From NCBI RefSeq assembly GCF_018977255.1, contig NW_024704742.1, forward strand, positions 121,708,001-121,772,000: a stretch of 64,000 nt of DNA, written 5' to 3'. Positions 12,646-26,160 of this stretch are shown here, in pieces (within the stretch, counting starts at the first letter, position 1; each line of letters opens with the position of its first letter). A model generated the notes under the pieces. That model was not told where the DNA came from, did not search any database, and saw only the letters and a program-made list of their open reading frames with translations. The position numbers were made by a program, and so were the translations under genes. Source of the stretch: Callorhinchus milii (Eukaryota).

Positions 12646-14324
12646 ATGATTTTAATAAATAAATAATAACAATCCTGTATTTAATATAACACCTTATCAT
12701 GTCGTCAAATTCTCAAAGTGATTCACCAGATTTTATTATAAGGTGTAGTGACTGTGTATTTTGTAGGCAAATTTGCATTGAATTCGTTCTTGGCCCAACA
12801 TAAGATCAGCAACAGGACTTGAATAAGAACAGAAGGAATGAGTGCAGAGGATCTATTTCTCCATCATTACATATCATTTAAATTACTTATTTATCAGAAC
12901 TTTTAGTTCTCCTGCGCTGCTTGTGCAATCAGTAATTCTACTTGAAGAAAATGCAAACTTTATAAGAAAAACTATTTGGTTATGTGAAATATTTTCAACT
13001 TCAAATCCAGATTTCAGTAAATGTTAAGCAAGAAGATGAGCCCAGGATGGCTGGTCTGAAATCATCCAATGTGACAACCTGTCACATCTATCTCTTCCGT
13101 ATCCCAGATGAATAGTACAATCACTGTGTCATATCTAATCAGCAGGATTATTTTATCTGTCAAAATTACAGAGCAACATTCAGACATTTAAACAACTAGC
13201 ATAACGAGAGCTTGGGAGGATTCACAGTTGACAGGTAAAAGGAGTAATGGCTGTTGTCAAATCTGTGGAAATTGTTGTTAATATAAAACCTGTTAATTAT
13301 AAGAAAAGTTTGTCAGTCGGTAGTTTCATTTTCTCCACATCAATTTTCTTTCTGTACTAGCCTCCAAAGGCTGCATTTAATTTCCAACCAAGATAAAATA
13401 TGGACAACTCTGTTTCACCCTTCTAAAAAAATATTTATAGCCACAAACAATTATCTATTTAATTGTCAGCCTGGGTTGGTTGGTAGCACTCCTATCTTTG
13501 AATCAGAAGGTTATGAGGTTCAAACCCTGTGTCTGGCCTTTGAACTCACATTGTCCAGGCTGACACTCCAATGCAGTTCTGGGGATGCACTGTGCTTTTG
13601 GAGGTGCTGTCCTTCGAATGAAATATTAAGCCAAAGTCCTCTTTGCCTAAACAGGCAGATAGGACTTCGGTTTAGATTCTGTGCTATTATTTGGAAAGAG
13701 TTTCTCCCAGTGCCCTGGCCAAGAATCCCCAGATATAATTGATTCTTCACTCCATGGCTGTTTGTGAAACATTGCTGTTCGCAAATTGACTGTTGTGTAC
13801 TCCTAGAAAATATGCAGTAAATTTTCTGAAACACTTTAATACGCCTTTCTGACGTCAAAGGCACTACAGTGAACTCCTGATAATAAGATCCTGTGTTATA
13901 TCATCTATCTCTTCTGTATCCTTTCTCTTCTGGATTAGATCACCATACTGTCAACATCCTGGCAGCTTTCAATGCAAACTTTGAATAAGGGACCTCCCTT
14001 TTATTTCATCAACTGCTTATAACATCTAAAGTCGCATTCCAAAAATCCCAGTAAGTAAAATATTGAATATATCATCGGAACGAAATTGACTGCACCACGA
14101 GCTGAGACCACTCAGTGAACTCTGGCAATAAGTGGCCTGATACCATGGGAAAAGGACGTCATCACCTTCAGTCCGCAATGTGGTAACTGTTTTGACTGTT
14201 GTGGCAAGATCTGAGCGAGTAGAAATTTTTAGAAATGTAGCCTTCTGTGAGGTTCTGCCTGATTGTTAAAGTCTGAGTGATTCAGGTTGTTTTTGTAGAC
14301 CTATGCCTGTACATAAACTTATAT

Positions 14325-14765
14325 TCCCTGCTCCCCGATCAACCCAGTCCTTGCCAGACTGCACTGGCTGCCAGTCCCGGAGAGGATCGACTTCAAGATC
14401 CTCACCCTTGTATTCAAATCCCTCCACTCCTCTGCAAACCCCTACCTCTCTGACCTCCTCTCTCCCCAAAACAGTGCCCATTGCCTTCATTCCTCTGGGT
14501 CTGGCTTCCTCCTCGTCCCCCGAGTCCTCCGCCCCACCCTCAGCGGCCATGCCTTCAGCCACTATGCCCGAGGTTCTGGAACTGCCTTCCTCACTCCCTT
14601 CGTCTCGCTCCCTCTCTTCCTATTTTCAGGTCTCAGCTGAAGACCTTTCTTTTCGACCGGGCCTTTGGTCACCTTCTACCCCCTCCCACTGGGATCCGTT
14701 ACTGTGAAGCACTCTGAGATGCCGTCCGGCATGGAGGGCGCTACATAAATCCAAGTTGTTGTTGG
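14325..14765 (+). mobile_element. L2 LINE (subfamily B) 3' fragment nested in the DNA transposon
   Basis: Closely similar to 22420-22868. Confidence 0.9.
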
Positions 14766-14974
14766 TGTATATTGTACTTAAAAACGGGTTTTAACAAATA
14801 AACTGACAGTTGTGGAGGCTGGGGCCGTTCTGTTACACTGACAGCTGCTCATTCTGCGCAGACGCAGTGTGTGTTGGGGTAGATCCTCCTGGTCACAGCT
14901 CTCCCTAGTGGCCCTGGAGGACTCGTGCCAACATAGTCACTGAGCTCTTTTCCCTTGGAGTGACGATATATACT

Positions 14975-15128
14975 ACTACTACTATACTCCTTGCATTTGA
15001 TATAGCGCTTTTCACGTCGAGAGGACGTCCCAAAGCGCTTCACAGAAGCCACTGTAAAGTGAATTGACTGCATATTTGTGGGCGAACGCGGCAGCCAATT
15101 GCGCACAGCAATGTCCCACAAACAGTCA
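14975..15128 (-). mobile_element. SINE 3' half nested in the DNA transposon
   Basis: Shared SINE tail in reverse orientation. Confidence 0.9.
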
Positions 15129-15334
15129 ATTATCAGGAGTTTACTGTATATGAAATGCAAGGATTATCATTACATTATTTTTGAGAATTTGTCTTTGATA
15201 ACATTTATACTTGGGTCTTCTCTGAGCCAGGTCATTATCATTCACTCATTCTAGAAGCAAATGCTTGTTTCTCTCCTTCATTCGCACCTTCATTTTGAGC
15301 ATTAAACATTAAACTCTCCTCTTTACTTAAACTT

Positions 15335-16820
15335 CGCGGACGTGCCCTTGCCTGGATCGAATCCTATCTCTCTCACCGTCTCCACTTTGTTGCCTCTAAC
15401 AATTTCTCCTCCAGCCCCCGCACAGTTACGCCTGGTGTCCCCCAGGGCTCTGTCCTTGGCCCTCTCCTCTTTAATATCTGCATGCTCCCCCTTGGTGACA
15501 TCATGCAGACATATGGAGTCCTGTAGCTCAGTAGTTAGAGCACTCGCTTTGCAAGTGAGAGACCTGAGTTCAATTCCAGGCAGGGCGAAACCTTGGGCAA
15601 GTTTCCTTACTCCACACGCCTAATAATAATCCCTCAAAAACAAAAAACAATAATAAATTGGTCATTTTCAATCCATGACTGTTTGTGGGACACTGCTGTG
15701 CGCAATTGGCTGCCGCGTTCGCCCACAAATATACAGTCAATTCACTTTACAGTCTATTCTGTGAAGCGCTTTGGGACGTCCTCCCAACGTGAAAACCACT
15801 ATATCAAATGCAAGGATTATTATTATGATAATTATTATATGTATGCGGATGACACCCAACTCTATCTTTCTGCCTCCACCCTCAACTCCAGGACTACTGC
15901 TGTCCTGACAGACTGCCTGTCGGACATCAAGTCCTGGATGAGGGCAAATTTCCTATAGTTGAATGTGAACAAGACTGAGGCCCTCCTGATTGGTTCGCGC
16001 CAGTGCCTCAGCACCTCAGACTCTGGCAGCATCAACCTCCATGGCTGCACACTTCAACTCACCAAGTCAGTCAGGAACCTCGGTGTCTTGTTCGACCCTC
16101 AACTGTCTTTTCTTCCCCACGTCCAAGCCGTGACCTGCTCTGCCTTCCCTCACCTCCGTAACATCGCCCGACTCCGCCACTACCTCACCCCTCAGGCCAC
16201 TGAAACTCTTGTTCATGCCTTCATCACCTCCAGGCTCAACTACACAAATGCCATGCTTGTCAGCCTTCCCAACTCCTCCCTCCACAGGCTGCAGATAATC
16301 CAGAACTCTGCAGCCCGTGTCCTCTCCCACACCAAACTCCGTGACCCCATCTCTCCCATTCTCGCCCGACTCCACTGGCTCCCTATCCTTCAGAGGATCC
16401 AGTTCAAGATCCTGGTCCTCACATACAAAGCCCTCCATGGCCTCGCCCCACCCTACCTCTGCGACCTCCTAACCCCCTACCAACCCGCCTGTTCCCTCTG
16501 CTCAGCCGGCTCTGGCCTGCTCCACGTCCCCCACCCCACCCGCCCCACCATTGGCGGAAGAGCCTTCAACCACTCTGACCCCAACTTCTGGAATTCCGTC
16601 CCTCAATCACTCCGCCTCGCCCCCTCCTTAGCCTCCTTCAAGTCCCGCCTCAAAACCCTTCTCTTTGACCATGCCATTGGTCACCCACGTTCCCCTCCCC
16701 TCCCTTCTCCCTTCTCCCTTCCTGACCCCAGCTCAGTCTGAAATGCTGTACTCTGTCCAGCGCCTTGGGATGTCCTCCCGAAGTGAGAGGTCCTATACAA
16801 ATGTAATCTTGTTGTTGTTG
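15335..16820 (+). mobile_element. L2 LINE (subfamily A), 5'-truncated, interrupted by a SINE; explains the 260-aa ORF 15959-16741
   Basis: [46 protein letters not shown] motifs; in-frame TAG at 15956. Confidence 0.95.
15515..15837 (+). mobile_element. tRNA(Ala-like)-headed SINE, short form
   Basis: Cloverleaf-like head with TTTGCAA anticodon loop, A and B boxes, (ATT)n tail. Confidence 0.95.
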
Positions 16821-16912
16821 AATTGCCACAAAATCCCTTCACTGCAAATAGCACTGTGCCAGGATTGTGAATCAGAGAGAAGAAAACACAGAATAGAGTA
16901 CAGGGGACAAGT

Positions 16913-17217
16913 TAATAATAATAATCCTTGCATTTGATATAGCACTTTTTCCCCTCTTCGATATGTCTCAAAGCACTTCACAGAATATACTATAAAATGA
17001 ATTGGATGTATATTTTGTGGACGAAACGCAGCAGACAATTGCACACAGCAGTGTCCACAAACAGTCATGGATTAAGTGACCAAATTTTGATTTTTTTTAT
17101 TTCTTGAGGGATTATTATCAGTTGTATGGAGGAGGTTACTTGCCCAAAGTTTTGCCGTGCCAGGAATCAAACCCAGGGTCTCTCGCTTGAGAGCTCTAAC
17201 CACTGAGTTACAGGACA
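16913..17217 (-). mobile_element. tRNA-headed SINE, short form
   Basis: Head to tail in reverse orientation. Confidence 0.85.
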
Positions 17218-17447
17218 AGTTAAAAAGATGGGGGAAGATTCAAGCTAATAGCTATTCATGTTGACATGAATCTATGAGCAGCACTTTCCCGTAGAAGTAA
17301 CATAATTTAAACAGAGAGATGGGGGTGGTGAAGTATTTTGGATCTGATCAAAACAGTGTAGACACATAGCACAAAACAAAGACAAAATTTTGTGTGGAAT
17401 TTCCATGTTTACTAAAAAGGCTTTCTAAGGTTAATATAAGGCTGTGT

Positions 17448-17840
17448 GTCAGCCTGGCACAGTGGTAGTGCTCTTACATCTGAATCAGAAGGTTGTGGGA
17501 TCAAGCCCCACATCAGGGACTTGGAATCATATAGTCTAAGCTGACTCTCCGTTGCCTTGCTGGGGGAAGTGTTGCATTGTCGGAGGTGCTATATTTCGGA
17601 TGAAACGGTAAACTAAGGTCTGCCAAGGTGGATGTCAAACACCCCATGGCACTATCCGAAAAGAGAAGGGAGTTTCTCCAGGTGTCCTGGCTAACAATTC
17701 CCCAAATAAAATTGGTTACTCACTGTTTGTAGGACATTTTGCTGTTCGGGACCAGCGTTTTGTCCACAAAATACAATCACTGCACTTTACAGTTATTATG
17801 TGAAGCGCTTTGAGACGTCTCAATGACGGCATAAGGCACA
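17448..17840 (+). mobile_element. SacSINE1-like DeuSINE, near full length
   Basis: GTCAGCCTGGCACAGTGGTAG head, TGAATCAGAAGGTTGTGGG, CCCATGGCACTAT, GGTGTCCTGGC body and tail. Confidence 0.85.
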
Positions 17841-17844
17841 GTTT

Positions 17845-19010
17845 TGCATCTTTGTGATTTCCTTGTCAAAGATGTTTTGACATTGGCTGAGCATGAGTGC
17901 AAAAGTGTTCAATGCTCCTTGTCCTTATGCTGACCAGCCTCAAGCTGAAGATCTGATCAGTAGTGATTCTTCCAACAGTCTGTGGTTTACAGTGACATCT
18001 TTTCAGGATGATGCTTGGTATTATTTATCCAACATGACACAGGGAGCTGGTTGTTTGGTAATTTATGCAAGTGAATTTCCCTGTTCTTTTAGACTGGTAA
18101 CATAATTGCTTTTCCCCAGGCATGAGGAGGCTGTTCTTTCAACTTTTTGTTTGGTCAGCTGGGTATCTGACAGGTTCAGAAATCCATCACCATGTTTAAG
18201 AGTATCCAAACCAAACTGAGAATTCCATGCATCCCACCTACACATGTAAATTTCAGAGATACATTGTTGGAATAAATGCGCACTCTCTAGTTTCACGTTT
18301 CAGTAACTGAGGTTTATACACCACTTTTCGCTCTGTATCACCAGTCATTTTAGTATCTTCTGCTGTTATCAGGTCCACATTGTTCTTCTGCTGCACATCT
18401 TTGCTTCCACTTCATATTATAATGATCAGTTTTTTGGTTTCAATGTATTTTCATTTGAGGGAAATAGAGAATTACTCCTTGACTGTGCTGCACTCAAACT
18501 TCCATTTTCTTTTAGCTTTTGCTGATCTGTTGACACTTGGCAGCTTTGTCTTTTAGTACTTTTGCAACTTCATAATGTGATCCAGTAAGACTTCTGATCA
18601 AACACTATACTTACTTGTTAATGTTCTACTGTTGGACACTCTTCACTTTGTCACAGATATCACTGATGTAGTTCTCTTGATTTGCCTTCCCGTATATTTC
18701 TCAGCATGGTTAGTTGTGTTGCAGTGTCAGTGCTTTGCTTTTCAACTTCTCTGGTCTTGATCATCTTTTTTCATGTGTAAACAACAAGTTTTCGCCTGAC
18801 GGCCATGACACACTCTTCTTACATCTTACACAGTACCAGCACTTCCTCTGATTAAATAGCTTTCATTCTGCTCCCATACATTTTCCATACTGGCTATCTT
18901 ATTGAGCGTCAGTGGGATTGCCAATCAGTCTGCATTGGTCATAGTAGTTTGTTCTTTAATCTGCTCTTAAGTATTGCCATATGTAGATAAATGTTATCAG
19001 CACTGACGTA
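17845..19010 (-). mobile_element. Heavily decayed Gypsy-like gag-pol relic
   Basis: Minus-strand remnants: H*HCNTTNHA (zinc knuckle-like), SAHLFQQCISEI and VWFGY..KHG...AD..K (RT-like), VNHRLL and SLRL (RNase H-like); many stops and indels. Confidence 0.5.
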
Positions 19011-19485
19011 TGACATAATCTCAAACCTCTTGTGTCTGTGGTTGTCTCATCCTGAACTGCTCATTTTTAAAGTGCTTTTTGTTTACAGTATAATTGAGTC
19101 TTGGAGCCAGAGAGGCAGAACAATAATATGACAGACAATTAAAATGTATTGTTTTTGGAGCATTATATGAAGCATGCAACAGAGTTGGAATGGAATAGAA
19201 AATTAACCCCATTACTAATGCCTTGGAATAGTGAATAAATTATACGCATGAGAAAGGATTGAATTTCAAATGAAATGCCTAAACTCCTCCCATGAGTGGT
19301 ATAAAACACTGCATGCAATTACTTTGGATATAATAGAAATGTTACATTAAATATAGGACGAAATGTTAAAAACGGATAATGTTCAATTGAACAAATGGTT
19401 CATAAACTAAATAAAGCTCAAGATGAAATTATAGCTTTGAAATTATTTTGGGGTATTCAGATTTTATTTATTTTTGTTTGTGATA

Positions 19486-19554
19486 CATACTGTGATTACA
19501 TGTACATCATACTGTGACCACATGTGCAATGTGTATTGTGACTACATGTGCAGT
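19486..19554. repeat. Degenerate 22-24 bp minisatellite, 3 units
   Basis: TA(C/T)TGTGA..ACATGT(A/G)CA repeated three times. Confidence 0.7.
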
Positions 19555-20334
19555 ACTTTAAATTTAAATTCTATGTTACTATCTATTATTGGCAGCACAT
19601 GTAGAATAAGATGAATTTAACAGTGTGATGATCTGCAAAATATGTTTGCATATTGTAGAAATTTGCAGTCTGATGTGATAAATCTATTACATCTATAAAT
19701 GGGTTTTAACAAATATGACCGGGTGCTTTACAAACAGCCCTTATTATAAATGACATGCCATCTGTATCTGTTTATTTTCATTGAGTCTAATGCATCATTT
19801 GCAGCATAAATATTGGGAAACACAGACATTTGCCTGTGAATACACAGTCACTATGCTTCATTGTAAAATCCTGTGAAGCGCTTTGAGAAGTCTCAATGAT
19901 CAGGCACTTTATCAAATGCAAGGATTATTATAATAATAGTAATATCCTAATAGAGTGAAAATTCTAAAAAAAAGAAGGAAATAAAGTGATAAAGTCATTG
20001 TATTTTTTGTTAGAATTGATGGCATGTTTATTAATACCACAGTGTATTCCGATGTTCTTCAGAACCAGCATAGCTTTGACGTACAGTGTTAGCATTCAAC
20101 GAATAGCTTTATTTCTAGTTTATAGTTTATTTAGAGAAGTCAGTTTATATTAAATCCAGTATAACCCTCTGCGTTAGTGCAACAATTCTTTTTGTGAAAA
20201 TACTAAGCCTCGTGTTTGTTGAAAGCCTTGCTCGCTGAAATCTTATTTCTTGTCTGTTTCACTTTGTTTGAGCTAGTGGGGAATCAACGCACTTAGGGAG
20301 TGCATGTTGAAAATTGTATGCATCTCATATTGAA

Positions 20335-20752
20335 ATAATAATAATCTTTAATGATCCTTGCATTTGGTATGGTGCCTTTCACAACTTCAGGAGGGTGTCT
20401 CAAAGTGCTTCCTCGGGATATTACTATGAAGTAGAGTGACTGTGTATTTGTAGTCAAATGGGCAGGCCAATTGTGTACAGCAATATCCCACAAACAGCCA
20501 TGAAACAAAAGAACAATTTTATTTGAGGAATTATTGGCTAGGACACCAGGAAAAATTTGCTTTTCTTTTTGAATATTGCCATTGGATCTTTAACATCAAC
20601 CCGATCAGGCAGACCAGACCTTGCTTTAACATCTCATCTGAAGGGCAGCACCAATAATAATGAAACACACCCTTAGTCTTGCATTTAGTATCAGCCTAGA
20701 CTACATGAGTTTAAGTTCCGATGTGGGGCTTGAACCCATAACCATCTGAATT
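20335..20752 (-). mobile_element. SacSINE1-like DeuSINE
   Basis: Tail, Deu body and B-box region in reverse orientation. Confidence 0.8.
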
Positions 20753-21444
20753 TAGTTTTGTCATTCATTCTTCTATTCATAGCAGACACTTGATCTGGGG
20801 TAGGCTTCCAAAGATGATATTTTTATTTTATTATTTTAGTTATTTTTATTTGAAGCAAATTCTTTTCTCCCCTTTATTTCTGCTGACAATTACATCTCCA
20901 CCACTCCTTGTGTGACTCAGTGGACAATATAGAGACTGTTTCCCAGCCTCCTCTGCAACCAGCTTCCAGAAGAGTGTGTTGGATTGACCAAATCTCCAAT
21001 TGGCAAGTTATAAGGGGTGTGGGCCTGCATCCTTCCACTGTGGTACTATGAAGGTACTTTGTGCATTTATTTATTATGTGTTTAGATAGAGAACTCATTG
21101 CTTAATCCATCTACTAGTGTCTCCTTCTAACTGTCTCTAAATTGGCTGAAATGACACTTGTTGTAAATCAGTCTATCATAGTTATCCCAGTATCCTGTTT
21201 TCCCATGGATTGCGATTGGATTGCAGTTGGTAAAAATGCACAGTCCAATCAAATGCAAACTCAGATCCCGATGCAGTGGAAGGACTGCATGTTTGCTTGT
21301 AATTGAACACAGAATTCAATTTGTTTTTAAAGTTTTGGTAAGGGGAGGAATTTCTAATGTTTGTGATATGATGAAGTTAATTTGGAAAAATAGAAATCCA
21401 AGGTTGGGGAGAACCACAGATTTTGTATTGTTTTCTTAGATAGA

Positions 21445-22868
21445 TCCCTATTTCTAACTTGCCCTTCCTCACAAAAGTCCTAGAACACATTGTTGCCAAT
21501 CAACTTCGCTCAAACCTCTCCTCCCACTCCCTCTCCGAACCCCTCCAGTCTGATCTCCGCTCTGCCCACAGTAGAGACTGCGCTTGTGGAAGTCACAAAC
21601 GACATCCTCTCTAGCTATGACCAGGGCTCCCTCTGCCTCCTTGTCCTCCTGGACCTCTCCACCGCGTTCGACACAGTCGATCACACCATCCTCCTCCACC
21701 TCCTTTCCTCCGTTATCCACCTCAGTGGGACTGCACTCGCCTGGTTCGAGTCCTACCTCACAAACCGCCAGTAGTACATCTGCTCAAACGGCTTCTCCTC
21801 CCGCTCTCATCTGGTTACTTGTGGAGTACCCCAAGGATCCATCCTTGGCCCCCTCCTCTTTCTGATCTACATGCTCCCTCTTGGGGATGTCATCTGCCGA
21901 CATGGGGTACATTTCCACGTGTATGCAGACGACACTCAACTCTATTTTTCCACTGCTCTTTGCGACCCCCAGTCCCCTGATGTTCTGTCAGCCTGCCTGT
22001 CAGACATCAGGGGCTGGATGAGCGCAAATTTCCTTCAGCTGTATGTTGACAAGATGGAAGCCATACTCTTTGGCTCTTGTCAACATCTAAAATCTCACGA
22101 TTCTCACCTCCTCCACCTACCCGAACTCCCCCTAAAACTCTCTGAACCCGTACGCAACCTAGGCATCAGGTTCGACCCCCAATTATCTTTCCTCCCCCAC
22201 ATCCGGTTGCTCACCAGCACCGCTTTCTTCCACCTCCGATGCATTACCCGTCTCCGCCAATACCCCTCTCCGAGAGCCACCGAAACCCTGGTCCATGCCT
22301 TTGTCACCTCTCGGCTGGACTATTCTAATGCCCTCCTCGCCGGTCTCCCATCCACTACCATCCATAAAATCCAGATTATTCAAAACTCTGCCGCCCGCAT
22401 TCTCACCCACACCAAACTCTGCTCCCCGATTACCCCAGTCCTTGCCAGACTGCACTGGCTGCCTATCCCAGAGAGGATCGACTTCAAGATCCTCACCCTT
22501 GTATTCAAATCCCTCCACTCCTCTGCACCCCCTACCTCTCTGACTCCTCTCTCCTCAAAACAGTGCCCATTGCCTTTGTTCCTCCGGGTCTGGCCTCCTC
22601 CTTGTCCCCCGAGTCCTTCGCTCCACTCTCGGTGGCCGTGCCTTCAGCCACTACGCCCCGAGGCTTTGGAACTCCCTTCCTTACTCCCTTCACCTCATTC
22701 CCTCTCTTCCTATTTTCAGGTCTCTGCTGAAGACCTTTTTTTTCGACTGCGCCTTTGGTCACCTTTCTCCCCCTCCCCCTGGCTTAGCCCCGGGATCCAT
22801 TACTGTGAAGCACTCTGAGATGACGTCTGGCGTGGAGGGCGCTATATATATACAAGTTGTTGTTGTTG
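21445..22868 (+). mobile_element. L2 LINE (subfamily B), 5'-truncated RT region; explains ORFs 21490-21774 and 21871-22818
   Basis: [55 protein letters not shown]; stop at 21772; (TTG)n tail. Confidence 0.95.
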
Positions 22869-24992
22869 TAGTGACCTCAACTAAATCTGAACTAAAAAAT
22901 TTTTTTTGAAAAAAAAATTGCTTGTTCTACATGCTAGGATTAAAAAACAAATTCCTTCGCATTTTAAAGAAAAAAACATGGTGGCAATCCAATGCCAAAC
23001 CGAAAGAAGAAACCATTCTCCTGAAGTTAGAAGGATGTTTGTCTCCAACTGTTTAAGTATGAGAAAAAAAAACAACTGTAAATTCTGTACTCTGTGATGA
23101 CTATCACATTATATACAATATATTTCCCCCCAACATGTGTTGATTTGTCAGATTGTGAGTGCTAACATTTATGGCTCCAGCACTCACAAATCCAAATTAG
23201 GGCATGCAGCTCCTTCATGGAGACTTGTGCCAGCAAATGTACGTAAATGTGCAGATATAAATTACAGATCTCTGTTATTAGTAAGAGTTTGTACATTTGT
23301 TTAACATCTATGGATGTGACCATATCAAGCCTTCACTGATTCTTTCAGGCTGTGCTTGTTTGGAATAAGGCTAAGAAATAGGATCATACATTACAACTGT
23401 AGTTGGGAGAGTGGGGGAGGGTTGATATGACAGACTGTGAAAACAAAGCACAAAGAGGTTTTAAGTACAGTATCGTCTGGACCTAAGTTTGAATTATTAC
23501 CTTTAACTTGTGGTGAAGTTTCGCCCACAAATATACAGTCAATTCACTTTGCAGTCTATTCTGTGAAGCGCTTTGAGATATCGAGAAGACGTGAAAAGCG
23601 CTATATCAAATGCAAGGATTATTATTATTATAAGTTATTTATGGGATGTGGAACAGGATATGATGTGGAGTACTTATTTTACTTCATTTTTTAACCAGAG
23701 AGGGCAGGTGTGGGGGGGGTAGGAATTAATAAAGTCACTAGTTTGTTGGCTTATGTATCAGCTGTTAGAATTGGGGTCAGGATTTATATGAGAAAATGTA
23801 TTTACTGGAAGGTGTCACTTGAGGGAACTTGGGATCACTTAGGGCTTTGAATGATGTCTTCAGTATTTTCTTGTCCATAGCCGGTTCCTTTTGATATACA
23901 TTAGTACTATTGGGAAGGTGAATGTCGTGTAGAAATTACATCTATATCAAGATATAATAGTGGTAGGTGACAATTGACCTTTTGAATGAAGAATGACCAA
24001 GTCATCCGATCAATTTGCGAAAGACGGATATGCATGCCCTGTATTAGAGAGAGGTTATTTAGCCTAAAGAAAGGGTTGACCACACCAAGAATCAATTGAT
24101 CTTTAATAAATGCACATAATCAAATACATAGTACTAATCATGCACTTTGCATTGCAGATGCTGACATGATCATTTAGATGAGATTTGTTTTTCGATACCT
24201 TGTTGGGTTAAAAGGGCAAATTTAAATTGATCACAGTAGTCAGAGGCTCAAAACAATGTGTCAGCTGTCTTATGATATTGTTTTATTGTGTGGAGACTCG
24301 AGGGTACACTAACAAGGACAGATGTCTTGCCAATTTGATCGTGGTGAAAGGATAGAGAAATTGGAGTGTGATGCCAGTAGTTAAGTCAGAAATCTCCTGT
24401 AGCCAAACATATGTTTAAGCTCCAGCATGTGATGGTTAATTCTGCATTTGAATGTCAATGCATCGGGTCTCCTGCTATTAAACAATCTGGGTGAAAGTTT
24501 CACAGGCAGGAGAGGCGGTTAAAGTGTGTGAAGCTAAATGTTACTGCTCCATATACACCTTTGCAGAACGTACAGAATGTTGAGGTGCAGATCCAAGCAG
24601 CTTTTGTCTTCCTGATATAAGCGTGATAGAGATTGGGTTATTTTCTGCGGAAAGACAGAGAAAATGGTAGGGACATCAACCTAGCCTTACACATCTGCTA
24701 ATAGCTGCTTTCAGTTTTCTGTCTGCTCTCTTTGCTAGGAAATTGAATGTAATAATAATTTTAATCCTTACATTTGGTACAGTGCCTTTCATATCAGGAG
24801 AACATCTCAAGACACTTAACAGGATATACTGTAAATTACAGTGACTGTGTGTCTTTTGTGGGGAAGGCAAACTGCACAGCAACGTCCTAAACAGCCCAGA
24901 ATATCTTAGTGTGTAAAAGGGTGGTGCGAGAATCAAGGAAACAATCAGATGTTGCTTGCATTTGTTTAGGCAGGAACAAGGTAAACACGTTA

Positions 24993-26160
24993 CATAAGAA
25001 CATAAGAATTAGGAGCAGGAGTAGGCCATTCGGCTCCTCGAGCCTATCCTGCCATTCGATAAGATCATGGCTGATCTTCTGACCTAACTCTAATTACCTG
25101 CCTTATCCCCATATCCCCTAATCCCTCTATTTTTTAAAAATCTATCAGACTCAGCCTTGAATATGTTCAAGGACTGAGCATCTACAGCCTTCTGGGGTAG
25201 TGAATTCCTCAACTCTGTTCTAAAAGGCTGACCCTTAATTTTAAGACTGTGACCCCTGGTTATAGATTCTCCTACCAGGAGAAACAGACCCTCAGTGTCT
25301 CCTTTATCCAGCCCTTTATCAAAGTCCTGTAGCTCAGTGGTTAGAGCACTCGCTTTGCAAGTGAGAGACCTGAGTTCAATTCCAGGCAGGGCGAAACCTT
25401 GGGCAAGTTTCCTTACTTCACACGCCTAATAATAATCCCTCCAAAAAACAAAACAATAATAAATTGTTCATTTTCAATTCATGACTGTTTGTGGGACATT
25501 ACTGTGCGCAATTGGCTGCCGCGTTCGCCCACAAATATACAGTCAATTCATTTTTCAGTCTATTCTGTGAAGTGCTTTGGGACGTCTAGAAGACGTGAAA
25601 AGTGCTATATCAAATGCAAGGATTATTATTATTATTATTTAAGAATCTTATATGTTTTAATAAGATCTCCCCTAATTCTTCTGTACTCTAGAGAATACAG
25701 CCCTAGTTTATTCAGCCTATCCTCATAGGTCAGTCCCCTCATCCCACGACCTAACCGAGTGAATCTACGCTGCACCCCCTCTCGGGCAAGTATGTCCTTT
25801 TTTAAATAAGGAGACCAAAACTGCACACAATATTCTAGGTGCGGTCTCACCAAGGCCCTATACAGTTGCAGCAAGACTTCCCTACTCTTGTACTCTAAAC
25901 CTTTTGCAATGAACACTAACATGCCGTTCACCTTCTTAGTTGCTTGCTGCACCTGCAAACTAACTTTTTGAGACTGGTGTACAAGGACACCCAAATCCCT
26001 CTGAACACTAACACGATCTAATCTCTCCCCCTCTAGAAAATAATCAGTTTTTCTATTTTTTCTACCTAGGTGAATAACTTCACACTTCCCCACTCCCCTA
26101 GCCTATCTATATCCCGTTGCAATCTTTTTGCATCATCCTCAGAGCTTACCCTCCCTCCTA
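24993..26160 (-). mobile_element. CR1 LINE 3' region interrupted by a SINE
   Basis: KCEVIHLG, QRDLGV, LYRALVRPHLEYCVQFWSP, LEYRRIRGDLI; (TTCTTATG)n terminus. Confidence 0.95.
25323..25638 (+). mobile_element. tRNA(Ala-like)-headed SINE, short form, inserted in CR1
   Basis: Near-identical to 15515-15837. Confidence 0.95.

Larger units (their letters stand above)
13867..15146. mobile_element. Non-autonomous Tc1/mariner-pogo(Tigger)-type DNA transposon
   Basis: 18-bp terminal inverted repeats CAGTGAACTCCTGATAAT / ATTATCAGGAGTTTACTG (17/18 match), TA on both sides, inserted at a TA in a SINE tail. Confidence 0.8.
13465..15178 (+). mobile_element. SacSINE1-like DeuSINE whose tail is split by a DNA transposon (parts 13465-13866 and 15147-15178)
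   Basis: Head GTCAGCC...GGTAGCACTC, Deu body; the flanks rejoin to AAAGGCACTATATGAAATGCAAGGATTAT. Confidence 0.8.

Noticed and set aside
14897..14914. Reverse CTCF-like GGCCACTAGGGAGAG
   Set aside because: Two core mismatches and it lies inside the DNA transposon
15515..15590. tRNA-Ala-like cloverleaf as a tRNA gene (also 11740, 25323, 36250, 38362)
   Set aside because: Always continues into the same SINE body and tail, has an imperfect T arm and no Pol III terminator; these are SINE heads
15959..22818. 260-aa and 315-aa ORFs as functional genes
   Set aside because: 5'-truncated L2 ORF2 fragments with upstream stops and frameshifts
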